Notes: generated by a model from the letters alone, not told the origin. 34,788 nt of DNA from Octopus bimaculoides (GCF_001194135.2 NC_068988.1:35851429-35886216), one strand, 5' to 3'. Numbered from the stretch's first letter, positions 11,500 to 23,149 are shown. Numbers and translations: made by a program.

Positions 11500-12600
11500 C
11501 ATTATTTCATGAAGAATTAATCCACTGCTTATGGGAGATTTTTTATATTTTAGCATCGTTTATTATGTATTCAGCTGGCCTTTATTTTTCTTTTATGATA
11601 TCGGCCTCTTCATGTCCTACATACATGTGCCTAGTGTTCCCGTCAATGTTTTACCTTTTTGACGAAGAAAGATCATTTTCCTATCAATCTCTAACTATGT
11701 ACCTTCCTTCATGGCAAGTAAATCCCAATTATTATTCCTTAATTTCATTCATAGGGCAACACTGGACATTGATCACCGTGTCAAGTTTCAATCATACCAA
11801 ATCATTTCGGACAAAGAAAAATAATGTTGTTCACGTTGTTTTCACGTTTCCCTAATTTATATCCTGATTTTCCCTTTCTCAATATAAGGGCCATATGGTT
11901 TCGAGTGATTACAAATCATAAAGGCGATAGAGCATCCTCTTCAAAATTTGTCTTTATCCTCACTTATCTAGGTATCGTACTGGTAGGAGCGAGTCGAGTG
12001 GATTATTTTAAATGCAGAACCATTTGGAGAGCCATTTTATAGTCGACAAAGGCTGTAAAAAGAACTCCTTATATGCTTTAGTAATTTCAGGTTATTTTTT
12101 GTAGCTCAATCGTGCTGATATTCACATCCACAGCTTTCTTTTTAGTAACATTTCTGTTCTTCAGCCTGCAATATTTTTGGTGATCAAATCTTGGTATATT
12201 TCATCGGAGATTATTCTTATCAGCAGTTTCTACACAATTGCAAAATGAATTTTAGGCGTAGAGTTGGGTACTTCATTTTCTTTTATTTTGCTTTTCGATA
12301 CCTACACCCTTACACCGTTAGTTAACAAATACCTTTTTGCTTGTTTTCAGATGGTATCTACTATTATGCTTAAGTAAATTTGTTTATCAACATTTTTATC
12401 TACTTTTTTTTTTATCGACTTCAATATCTTATCTGCAACTTTTCCTCATATGCAACTCACCAAAACTCAGTTTTCAAAGATATTGTTCTGATGGAATGGG
12501 ACTCTTCTAGATTTCTACTATTTGATTGTATCATTTTGGTTTTGGTCTTTCTATTAATAATTCTGAAACCTCTTTCTTTCTTTTTATTAATTTTCAGCTG
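11500..12600 (-). mobile_element. Old R4/Dong-clade LINE, RT core (domains 0-7), heavily degenerate
   Basis: Minus: NEVPNSTPKIHFAIV*KLLIRIISDEIYQDL, FTAFVDYKMALQMVLH, FEEDALSPL*FVITRNHMALILRKGKSGYKLG, YVGHEEADIIKEKIKA. Confidence 0.75.
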
Positions 12601-12618
12601 TATATAAATATATCTATG

Positions 12619-12850
12619 AGGTGTACGAACAACAAGCAGTTGTATGAGTTTGACGCTCGAGAGAGTGAGAAAGTCTTTTACGTCTCGAGTCAACGGTCTT
12701 TATATATAAATATATATCGTTCAAATTTACAGAAAACTAAAAGCACAGACAGGTATAGGAGCAACAAGCAGGTGTATTAGTTTAACGCTTGGGAAATGGA
12801 AATATTTTTTGCGTTTCGAGGCGACGGTCTTCGACAGAAAGGGGTAAGAA
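12619..12850 (-). repeat. Two tandem copies (period about 130 nt) of a Penelope pseudo-LTR-like unit with a hammerhead-like remnant
   Basis: 12619-12701 and 12751-12831 are clearly homologous (aacaagca..tgtat.agttt.acgct..cgt.tcgag.c.acggtctt). The minus strand of the second reads ctgtcga-agaccgtcgcctc-gaaacgc. Confidence 0.6.
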
Positions 12851-13059
12851 AACGGATGTATATGTGTATCTCTGCGTGTGTGTGTGTGTGTGTGTGTGTG
12901 TGNNNNNNNNNNNNNNNNNNNNNNNNNNNNNNNNNNNNNNNNNNNNNNNNNNNNNNNNNNNNNNNNNNNNNNNNNNNNNNNNNNNNNNNNNNNNNNNNNN
13001 NNNNNNNNNNNNNNNNNNNNTATTTTCATATATACACGTGTATGTACACATCTGGTGGT

Positions 13060-13395
13060 GGCATGCAGATGCCCTTGTTTTTCCCCACCTTGAAAACAGA
13101 TGTTGCATACTTTTTTTTGTCCTGGTATCTTGGTGTAAGAGAAGGATAAAATAAATATCAGGTTTAAAAAGAAATACAGGTTTAAAAAGAAATACAGGTT
13201 TAAAAAGAAATACAGGTTTAAAAAGAAATACAGGTTTAAAAAGAAATACAGGTTTAAAAAGAAATACAGATTTAAAAAGAAATACAGGTTTAAAAAGGAA
13301 ATACTGGGTTGATTCATTCGAATGGAACTCCTTCCTGGCAGTAACCTAGCATGGTTGTAGTCCAACGACTGAGATAAGTAAAAGGTATAAAATAT
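13060..13395 (+). mobile_element. Octopus SINE 3' half containing an internal minisatellite
   Basis: ttgtttttccccaccttgaaaacagatgttg..ggataaaataaatatcagg [repeat] ctgggttgattcattcgaat..cctagcatggttgtagtccaacgactgagataagtaaaagg. Confidence 0.7.
13152..13300. repeat. 18-bp minisatellite (gaaatacaggtttaaaaa) x about 8
   Basis: Near-perfect tandem units; seen as FLNLYF x8 in ORF 12727..13422. Confidence 0.95.
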
Positions 13396-13629
13396 ATTCG
13401 CTCGGTATAAAATGCAAATCATTACTTTGATTAAGAAATAGTTGTATAGACAGCTAATTTGATCAATGGCTAAATAAATAGATATATATAGGGATGGTAA
13501 TCACGTTCCTATGCATATAATAGTCGTGTATTTGCATGTTTGTGCTTGCTCGCGTATATACATACATACATAAACACCTACATATATACATAGATCCATA
13601 CATATATACATACGTACATACATCCATAC

Positions 13630-13689
<60 letters not shown>

Positions 13690-14139
13690 TATTTATTTAT
13701 TTTATTTATTTTTATTTACATGTAAATATACATGCATATACGTATGTACATACATACTTACACATACACACACACACACACACATACACAACACACACAT
13801 ATAGGTATCTATTCTTTCCTTCCATAAACTTAAGTACCTTTTACTGTATGTTAATGAATATATGTTTATACGTGTGTGTTCTAGTGTGTATATATGTCTT
13901 CATCTTCATGAGTATGGTTGTCGGCTATTAATATTCTGCTTCTACTTTTCGTATATATAATGAAATTTTATTGCCCCTCATTCCGGCATTAGCGTCATCA
14001 TCGATATCCTCACCATCGTCGACCCTTCCTACCTAATCGCTAATACCTCATCTGTTGCCCCACAGTTATAAATACATCATATCACCATTATAAACATACC
14101 GCCTAATTACTTTGTCACAATAAATCACCGTCAACATTA

Positions 14140-14415
14140 GCAGCATCAACATCATCACAATCATCATCGTCATCATCATCATTGCTATCACCGATAGCAT
14201 CCTACTCCTCCTCCTCCTCATCATCATCATCATCATCATCCTCATCATCATCATCGTTAGCATCCTACTCCTCCTTATCATCATCATCATCATCCTCATC
14301 ATCACCATCATCACCGCCATCATCCTCATCGTCATCATCATCATCGTCATCGTCGTCATCCTCCACTTCCTCCTCCTCCTCCCCTCCTCCTCCTCCTCTC
14401 CTCCTGCTCCTCCTT

Positions 14416-14453
<38 letters not shown>

Positions 14454-14460
14454 TATCATC
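14140..14460. repeat. (CAT/CCT/CGT)n compound trinucleotide repeat
   Basis: Read directly; it explains the poly-S/M/D ORFs. Confidence 0.95.
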
Positions 14461-14604
14461 AAACATTGCTGACATACTCTAAAGAAGCCACGTTACTTTA
14501 TATTTAGCAATACCACCACTGTTACCATCACCATCATTAAATCCCTCGTTCATACAAATATAGAGACACGCTCTCTCCCCACAAATATACATATATATAC
14601 ATAT

Positions 14605-15825
14605 TCCAGACATACTCTGGCAAACAACACATCTTTTCATTGAAGAAGAATGAAAGGAATTATATCCAAATTAAAGGCATGGCGATGGAAACGAGGCTTG
14701 CTCCCGTTTATACGAACTCTGTAATGGGATATGAAGAACAACAACTCTACCAAAAGGTAGAGGAGAACTATAGAACTGGATTTAGAAATTATTTTGAAAA
14801 GGTGTGGAAGAGATACCTTGAAGATTATTTTATAATCTGGACAGAATCTCTAAATACTATGGAAGAGTTTAATATCCTCCTGAACAACCTAAACACAACT
14901 CTCCAATTTACAAAGGAGATGAGTACTACCAAATTGCTATTCCTAGATATAAGGATAATTAAAAAGAACATCATTAACACAGGTGTACACTACAAAAACA
15001 TGGACACACATTAATACCTGAATTTTAAGTCGCGCCAACCACCACATGCAAAACGCAATATCCCAAACTGCCTAGCCAGAAGGATTTGTACCATTGTAGT
15101 AGATGCAAATATCAGGAACAAACGCCTAAAATAACTAACAGAACAAACGCCTAACAGAATTTTTGCTCAAACAAAAATATTCGTCTCTACTGATGGAAAA
15201 CGGCACACATCGGGCTATAAATATACCCATACAACAACTAAGGACAACTCAAAGAAGAGAAAAACAGGAAGTCACACTATAACCCATGTCCCCCGAATAT
15301 CTTCAACGTTGCTAAAGCAAGCCTAACTTTCATTGCTCAAAGCAATGAAATTAAAGATATAATCACAGAACGAGTTTTCGAGACAGCCTAAAAGCTTGAA
15401 AAAATTATTACAAAGGCAAAGTTTGACCTTAACAAGAAAGACCAATCATTCACTGTGTCTAAGTGCAATGATAGCTGATGTGGTACATGCCAATTCAGAC
15501 ATACCGACCAGTATATGAACACAAAAACCGGAAAAATGTTCACAAGCACAAATATGAACTGTAAAAGCAGAAATTAAATTTACTGTATCAAATGCCCGAA
15601 TTGTGAAGAACTATATGTAGGTTAGATTTAAAATGCACTGTCAGAACGTTCACGTGTGAAGATTAGAGAACCAGATGTCTGTGATACAGTAACATGAGGT
15701 CGGAAAATATTTATAAAATTTCCATTCTGCAAACTACAGTCCATGTGAAGTTAAGAGAAAAATCAAAGAAAAGAATTTTATTATTAAATTCCAACCCAAG
15801 CTAAATAAACAATAATACACATACT
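14605..15825 (+). mobile_element. Penelope-like element, 3' part (RT C-terminal half + GIY-YIG endonuclease), degenerate
   Basis: YIQIKGMAMETRLAPVY, WKRYLEDYFIIW (YxDD), LQFTKE..LLFLDI, VHYKNMDTH*YLNFKS..PHAKRNIPNCLARRICTI, CGTC, MNCKSRN*IYCIKCPNCEELYVG, KFQPKLN. Confidence 0.92.
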
Positions 15826-16479
15826 TAGCGGTACTGCTTCTACTGTTACGACCACTACCACTAACAACATATAACAATACTAAAGGTGCTTATGATGACG
15901 ATAGTAGGAAAATACTAGCTAAGTCAAGAGAGGAATCAGAAAAATCTTATTTTGGGGTTTAACGTTCTATTACCACAGCTACTCCTACCACAAACAATAG
16001 CGACAACAGCAACAACAACAATAATAAAGGAAAGGAGAATGGTGATGATGATAATTGAAATGTAAAAATCCCTGGGAACTGTAAAAATCCCTGGGAGACT
16101 GTGACGCCGAAAACCAAGCACCAATCAACTTAAGTAATTCAGTAAAACCGCACACTGATGGGTCAGAATACAGTTTGCAAAAATTGACATTCTGGAGCCA
16201 ATACAAATGTATATAAGACACAGAGTCTAGCCATCTCACCACAGCTGCAAATTGTAAAAGTAACTGTCACCACTACTTCGTGAACCTCAAGATTGCATAG
16301 TCTAATAGATGAAAGTACTAGTTCAATCAAAACGGACATTTACTATTCTGTCGCTTCATTATATTATATTATCTTATATTATTTTATTATAGGATTGTAA
16401 GTAAAGTGTGAAAATCAAAGTTGGAATTTCTTTGAGTAATATATATATACAAAACATATGTGTGTGTGGAGGGGTGTAT

Positions 16480-16680
16480 GTACATTTTAGATGTTTCAGT
16501 CATTTGCGTGCAGCCATGCTAGGGCACCCCTTCGAGAATCGTTAGTCGATTCTTTGTTTTTCCCAAAGCTTGTTACTTCTTCTAACACGTCTTTTGCTGA
16601 ACCGCTTCGTAATGCAGACGCAAACAGGTCCACACCGGCTGCCAAGCGATGGCGAAGGACGAACACAAAAACAAAGACAC
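16480..16680 (-). mobile_element. Octopus SINE 3' half, degenerate
   Basis: Reverse complement: ccatcgcttggcagccggtgtgg..gcggttcagcaaaagac..ggtgccctagcatggctgcacgcaaatgactgaaaca. Confidence 0.75.
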
Positions 16681-17208
16681 ACACACACAGACACGCGCGC
16701 ACACATATACACACATACACACACAAACACACAAACACATATATAGAGCGGGACAGAGAGAGAGAGAGAGTGGGGGAGAGAGAGTGGGGGAGAGAGAGNN
16801 NNNNNNNNNNNNNNNNNNNNNNNNNNNNNNNNNNNNNNNNNNNNNNNNNNNNNNNNNNNNNNNNNNNNNNNNNNNNNNNNNNNNNNNNNNNNNNNNNNNN
16901 NNNNNNNNNNNNNNNNNNNNNNNNNNNNNNNNNNNNNNNNNNNNNNNNNNNNNNNNNNNNNNNNNNNNNNNNNNNNNNNNNNNNNNNNNNNNNNNNNNNN
17001 NNNNNNNNNNNNNNNNNNNNNNNNNNNNNNNNNNNNNNNNNNNNNNNNNNNNNNNNNNNNNNNNNNNNNNNNNNNNNNNNNNNNNNNNNNNNNNNNNNNN
17101 NNNNNNNNNNNNNNNNNNNNNNNNNNNNNNNNNNNNNNNGTAGGATTGAGCCCGGAAGCATGTGGTTAGGAAGTATAAACATATGCACACACATTTGTTT
17201 TTTAATAC

Positions 17209-17311
17209 TTAGCAGAAGTAAAAGAGTGACTCGAGGTTCGAGTACTTTTTGTGTTTGATAAGTACCAATGTACGAAACTTGGGTAGTGAGTCACTCTGTT
17301 ACTTCTACTAA
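17209..17311. repeat. Small inverted-repeat element (24-bp arms, 22/24)
   Basis: ttagcagaagtaaaagagtgactc (17209-17232) versus gagtcactctgttacttctactaa (17288-17311). Confidence 0.8.
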
Positions 17312-17833
17312 ATGTTAATAAAACTGAACATATACACGTATTTTCAGTTCCATTTTTCCTGTTTGTATCAACATACCTATACATACATTTGTGTATGTGT
17401 GTGTGTGTGTGTGTGTGTGCGTGTGTGTGTGTATGAATGCGTCTTTATGTATCGCATGTCGACACCACCACTACATGCGAATACCACCACATATTCTACT
17501 CCAACCCAATCTCATCGCAGCGCTTTCGCTGCAACTACGCGAGCACCACCGGTACTACAATGAATATAATAACAGTGGACAGACTTGCCTTAAGTACTCA
17601 CCAACTCATAATTCTTTGCTGATCTTCACTAATTTATATATAAGATGTTCTACCTCAACACTGATTAATCCCTTCCTGCACCCAGGAGGAAAGAACATGT
17701 AAAGTGCTAGAGGCGTTATTGTCAATGTAAACACTCACTCATACACGCATATGTATTTGTGGCTATTATACACACACACACACAAACACACGTGTTTGTA
17801 TGTATGCATATACATACATACATACATGTTATT

Positions 17834-18073
17834 GAATGGAGGAGATAAGATCCGGGCTACATATGATTCATAGCGAGCGAAACCTCGGTGGTGGTAAATA
17901 TCCAAGCGAGGTGTATACCGCAGGCTGGTCGTCAGGCGACGGGAATCTTAGTTAAAATGTACCTCCTTGGCCTGATATGTAGCCTGCGGGATACACGTCG
18001 CTTGAATATTTAAAACTTCCGAGGTTCTGCTCGCTATGAAAAGTAAGTAGCCTGGATCTTAACTCCTCCATTC
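17834..18073. repeat. Long imperfect inverted repeat (93-bp arms, 78/93, no indels)
   Basis: 17834-17926 aligns without gaps to the reverse complement of 17981-18073. The 54-nt centre has further partial pairing (tcaggc/gcctga). Confidence 0.92.
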
Positions 18074-18310
18074 CTTAACTCTTGCTCGAATACCCGGCAA
18101 CCCTGGCTGCTGGCAACGAAATATGAAAAAAATCTTTTCAGTTTACCGTACTTCGACGCAAAAATAACCCTAACCCTTTCTCCTCAATAAACCACTATTG
18201 TTCTGAAAGCTGTTTTTTAATAAATACTACGGTTGCTTGAAGCTAACTTTCTTCCTATACTTCAATGCTAGGATCTTACACACACACACACCCACACACA
18301 CACACACACA

Positions 18311-18348
<38 letters not shown>

Positions 18349-18671
18349 AACACACCCGTCTGTGTGTATACATATATATTTATGTGTGTATATATGTATA
18401 TGTTTAAATATACACGTATATATACACACACATACACATATACATAATATAAAAATGTGTTCGACTTACAATTCGAATGTCTCTGATAAAAAAGTTACTA
18501 TAAAACCGGTGGATCGACTAAACCACCAAGGCGATATTGGATGACCAAATATCCCATAGCATATACTGCACGATTTGGAAAAAGAAATATATTGAGGTTG
18601 TTTCAATATTTACATTATATGTTTACACTGTATAGTTACGCAGACTAATCTGCCAGAGAAAATGGTATATG

Positions 18672-19347
18672 TATTAGGTCATCCCATATGTTCTGTCCGA
18701 TTTTACCTTTTTAAAAATAGGATGAAATTTAATAGTATTTTAGAATGTCTAATGGAATTTAAAATTATTTTTATGTATTTGTGTACATTTAAACTAAATA
18801 AATATTATTTTACAGAATAATAGTATTAAAATTTCTTTGATTATTACCCTTTGTAACATGGAAGTATCCAAAGAGCATTTGAGGCACATAATGCTTTATG
18901 AGTACAAAAAAGGAAACTCTGCAGGCGAAGTGACTCGAAACATACACTCAGTTTATGAGAAAGAATGTTTCAATGAAAGAATTTGCAGAAGATGGTTTGC
19001 AAAATTCAGAATTGGAGATTTCAGATTTAATGCAACAATCAATGCTCAAGTCTACTCTCAGAAATTAGAGCGTTTGAACCAAGCTTTGAAGAAACAAAGA
19101 CCCGCTTTAATGAATCGAAAAAGAGTGATGTTTCATCAGAACAAAGCCCGGCCCCACACTGCAAAGATCACACCACAGAAGATCGAAGAGCTTCGTTGGC
19201 AAAAAAATTCCTCATCGATGTTATTCTCCCGACCTTGCTCCTTCAGATTACCATTTGTTTCGTAGTTTACAGAATCATTTGGGGGACATAACTTTCGCAA
19301 GCCAGGAGGAGGTCGAAGCTGATATTTCAGAGTTCTTCGCTTTGAAA
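18672..19347 (+). mobile_element. Mariner (Tc1/mariner) transposon, internally deleted and missing the right TIR
   Basis: TA + ttaggtcatcccatatgttctgtccg left end. ATG at 18858 gives MEVSKEHLRHIMLYEYKKGNSAGEVTRNI..RRWFAKFRIGDF, joined to TINAQVYSQKL..VMFHQNKARPH..YSPDLAPSDYHLFRSLQNHL. The first two catalytic Asp regions are deleted. Confidence 0.92.
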
Positions 19348-19860
19348 ATATCAATCGCCGAAGAATATAAGGCAGGAAAGGCAAGGACAGTAAAGATGCT
19401 AAGGTATTCAAAAGATCAGAGCATCCGAGAAAACCCGCCAAAGGTACGAACAGAGAGGAAGTGGAATGCGGAAGAGGCAGTAAACAGGGCGATCGGAATA
19501 CTAAGACACGCCGATGTAGTCAGAGCGACGCAAGAAGCAAGAGCAGTATAAAAGAGATGAAAGAGGCAGTGTTACACGAAGTGAGAAAGGAGGAAGAAGA
19601 AAGGCGGAATGTACATTTGGTGCAATGTAGTCAACAGGGACAGTGCCTGAGATGGGAGGAATACGTGGTTAGTCGCAGAATCTCATGGAAGGAACTTTGT
19701 GCTTGGGAAAGTAACCCGAAGATGCTGCAAGAATGAAGATTACAGGTCAATGCAGGTGATATATTTGCAGCTACATTTTCTCCTTTGCGTTGCACCCCTA
19801 AGCCTGTTCTTGATTGTTGAAACAAACTCTCTTGTACCATTTTTACATGACGATGTCAAT
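19348..19860 (+). mobile_element. HERO-like RLE LINE fragment (post-RT region to zinc knuckle)
   Basis: SIAEEYKAGKARTVKMLRYSKD..VRTERKWNAEEAVNRAIGILRHADVV, EVRKEEEERRNVHLVQCSQQGQCLRWE..RRISWKELCAWE, and knuckle remnant TPKPVLDC..FT*R. Confidence 0.7.
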
Positions 19861-20056
19861 TTTCTTCGGTCCGAGGATGTTTGCTATTAGCTGTATGAGC
19901 TGTGTCAGCACAATCTGAAAGACAGTGTTTCTGATGTCAACCTGTTTAGTAAGTGTAAGATCGGTGGAAGTGAGATTTCTCTTATGCAGTCGCATTCGCG
20001 CTGGGCTAGCCATGTCGTCTGAATGAGTGACGAAAGGATGCCTAAGATCCCCATGT
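19861..20056 (+). mobile_element. RTE (BovB-like) LINE C-terminal fragment
   Basis: [45 protein letters not shown], compared with the RTE-type QLRWAGHVVRMSDERIPK. Confidence 0.78.
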
Positions 20057-20064
20057 ATACCTGC

Positions 20065-20129
<65 letters not shown>

Positions 20130-20879
20130 CATATACACATATACACATTTATCAAAGCTGCATGCTTATGAATGTGTATGCTTCTTTTTCATATGTGTTG
20201 TTCATGCTTGCGCCCACTGGGTTCTTTTGTGTGATTGCTACCAATATTTCCTACATTCCTTATCTGGTTCTCTGCTATCGTATAACCATACACACCTCTT
20301 ATAATCGCAGATCGTTATTCAAAGCTTTCTAAATTTTTGTTTTCTTTTCGTTTCATTTTACTTTATTGTTTTATATATATAGTTTCCTTGGCAGAATACC
20401 AAGGAGCACCATGAATAATGAGCAACAAAAGCAAAGACAAAACACAAACCAATCAGAATGAATCAAACAAAAAAATTAAACATCAACAATAACGCCAATA
20501 TAACCAAGGAGAATAACACAAGCGACAACTAGAATTCCCGTTCTCTGGCTTGATTGATTTCCAAATTCATATCGGCCATTCAAGTACAAATTGAAGCTAT
20601 AATACTTGGCTTTTTAGGGTTTACCTTATATCCGGATCAATTTCCCCACAATTTATGTTTTATATTCATCAATCACTATGTGGAGGTGTGGCACTAAAAT
20701 ATTCAATATATTATGAATTGTCTATGATTATATTGAATATTGAAATTCATCAATTATTTACGATCCTTTTACAAGAACAAGAATCTTGAACATAAAGAAT
20801 TCATTCTTATTAATGATCCTTTGTTTTGTTATGAATACTTCTTATTTTTCGTTAGAATTACTGCTTTATTTGTGTTATT

Positions 20880-21050
<171 letters not shown>

Positions 21051-21821
21051 ATTATTTAAATAACAAGCGTATATTCAACAAAAATCAATTATAGTGCTAC
21101 AATATTCTTTTACACGAAACGATATTTTTTAAATATATGAAAGAAATAAATAAGTAGACAATATAACGAAAATACATTGAAAGGAATGTTGTTGTTATTA
21201 GACATACACATGCACATACACGCACATGAATATTAATGTGTTTGCAGATGTGGATTTCTGCTTGCATCGTAAAATAAGAGTAAGTGATTCTCTATAGATG
21301 TATATATGGTCATATATGTATTCTCGCGCTCAAGTACACATATACACATATAACAGCAAATATAACACACTCAAAGCATGAAATATTTACAAAAATTAAT
21401 ATAAGATTATAACGTTTGGTTATACAAAAAGTGGTAATATATTTGAAAAGAAAGTATGATTGCAAAATTGGAAATATAAGAGGAAAAAAATTATGGCGTT
21501 ATGTAAAAAAAAAAAAGTTATAATACATAAGTCATAGTATATATTTCATGGGGTATTTCATATTTTTATACACATACTTATTTACGAAATATATCCAAAT
21601 CATTGCTACTGATAAAGCTATCAGTGTTGCAACAATATGCAAATAGAAAAATTTTTCTGATGTTATTCAATCTAATATCATGCGAGCCAATGACGAAACC
21701 AAACCAATACGCAATCGATCTCAACCAAATTTTAGCAACATCACATGCGACCGTCTTAATAAAATGGAGAACGCAATTAATAATATAGTCACTGATATCG
21801 AAAACTAGCAATGGTACCAGG

Positions 21822-21864
21822 TCTATATATTAAACTCAGGCCTTGTCTGAGTTTAATATATAGA
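21822..21864. repeat. Perfect 18-bp inverted repeat with a 7-nt loop
   Basis: tctatatattaaactcag-gccttgt-ctgagtttaatatataga. Confidence 0.92.
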
Positions 21865-21887
21865 ACAAATATCATATGAATTCATTA

Positions 21888-22050
21888 TGAATGGGGATAT
21901 GAAACTACTCTGCGTGGTTTGCTTTGAGAAGAAACTCATAACTTCCAGTTTATCCAGGAAAGCTGACTCATTTAGTTTTGATAAGCCAACACTATCCAGG
22001 AGACGCACAGAAAGTAAATATAAACTCGAAAATGTATTTTTTTACTCTTA
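21888..22050 (+). mobile_element. Possible hAT (Buster/Charlie-like) transposase N-terminal remnant
   Basis: MNGDMKLLCVVCFEKKLITSSLSRK..DKPTL weakly resembles the Buster/ZBED5 zinc-finger region (CVICGEVLANSSMKPSKL..DKP). Confidence 0.25.
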
Positions 22051-22084
22051 AACTAGCCATCCATTTTCAACGTGCGCTGTTCCT

Positions 22085-22430
22085 GGGATGATCGTTGGAG
22101 TAGAGTAATCAGGCGCTTACTCCATATGGTATTATCGAAAAAAAGCATCAGTTGACTTTCTGAGTGGATTCTAAACCGAAACTCACTGAGTGCTATGGAC
22201 AATAATCCAACCATCCCTTTCTTGCTATATATCTAGGACTCCCGCTGGTTGGCTCAACTAAAAGATTCCGCCTTATGCTTTATTTTCCTCAGACGTCCCA
22301 ATCACATGTCCGTAATAGCGTAGCTGTAACGTATCAATGTAGAGAATTAGCAGACCGACCTGGATAGTTTCGCTGACCTCCAATCTATATACCCGACCGA
22401 GTAAAGTTACTCCACAAATCCTCCCAAGGA
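22085..22430 (-). mobile_element. RTE-clade LINE 3' fragment
   Basis: Minus: RICGVTLLGRVYRLEVSETIQVGLLILYIDTLQLRYYGHVIGTSEE. Confidence 0.8.
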
Positions 22431-23149
22431 ATATCTCGTGATAGTTTGTCATTGCGTTAAAATTAATTTTATTTTCTGGTAAAATATGCTATTTGTTTCA
22501 CAATGATGTAACAGTTTATGTAACTAATGCAAATATTTCGTTTTCTAATCAGTACAATTCTCCAATACGAATTATGATAGTGCTTCTGGATAAGCAATAT
22601 CATTACTTATTTATTTTCTTCTTTAATGTTAAGAGCAATAAAGAAAACATTTCTGAAGAAGTTATATCGTGTACTATCTTCTTATTGACAATAATCTGGA
22701 TCTCAGAAAGTTTTCTGCTGTATAGTATCAAAATTGTGGCCAAGAAAGTGAAGCAAATACACATTCTGTCAAGCATATGGAGGCATATGGTTTTTGACAG
22801 AACACCTTGGATATACATCTGTACTCTTATGACTAATTTCTGTTGAACAACAGGAATAAATACAACAATAACTATATAAACACATAACTAGTTGTTGGAG
22901 CACATGAGAGGTATATATAGAAGAATCTGCGAAACTAGGAAATGTAGCTGTAAGATTATATCATTTCAGGACCTTAAAGAGTATCTAAGTAAAATGGTCT
23001 AATTTGTAACTGAAAAAGAATGGATACTTCGATCCCTATCAGCTGCTGCGGTTATTATAATCATCATACATAAGGCTCTTTAACTGGAAAAGAAGGCAGC
23101 AAATAATAGAATAATTCTCCATTAGGCTCATACAGGACATTGCGTATGT

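Noticed and set aside
13152-13300. CRISPR-like array
   Set aside because: The 18-bp units are directly tandem with no spacers, the context is eukaryotic and there are no cas genes.
14066-14472. Poly-Ser/Met/Asp ORFs (and similar ORFs at 20740, 23710, 30733, 31256, 32839-33249, 33912)
   Set aside because: These are translations of trinucleotide microsatellites.
16496-16680. Protein-looking minus ORF end (RLAAGVDLFASALRSGSAKDVLEEV..)
   Set aside because: The DNA is the 3' half of the octopus SINE (ccatcgcttg..gcggttcagcaaaag..gcatggctgca..tgactgaaac).
17598-17720. Minus-strand exon ending at a G|GTGAGT donor near 17601
   Set aside because: The upstream sequence reads PGCRKGLISVE, matching the R4-type GGRGLISVE motif, so it is more likely a small LINE remnant.
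17870-18035. Hammerhead ribozyme inside the long hairpin (gcgaaac..ggttc; ctgacga on the minus strand)
   Set aside because: The CUGANGA and GAAA boxes are on opposite strands and there is no stem II, so it cannot fold as a hammerhead.
18162-18176. aaccctaaccct telomere-like motif
   Set aside because: Only two units; too short to call an interstitial telomeric repeat.
22520-23080. Possible further very old plus-strand R4 C-terminal remnant
   Set aside because: Only vague motif echoes (NISEEVISC, ILSSIWRH); not enough to annotate.
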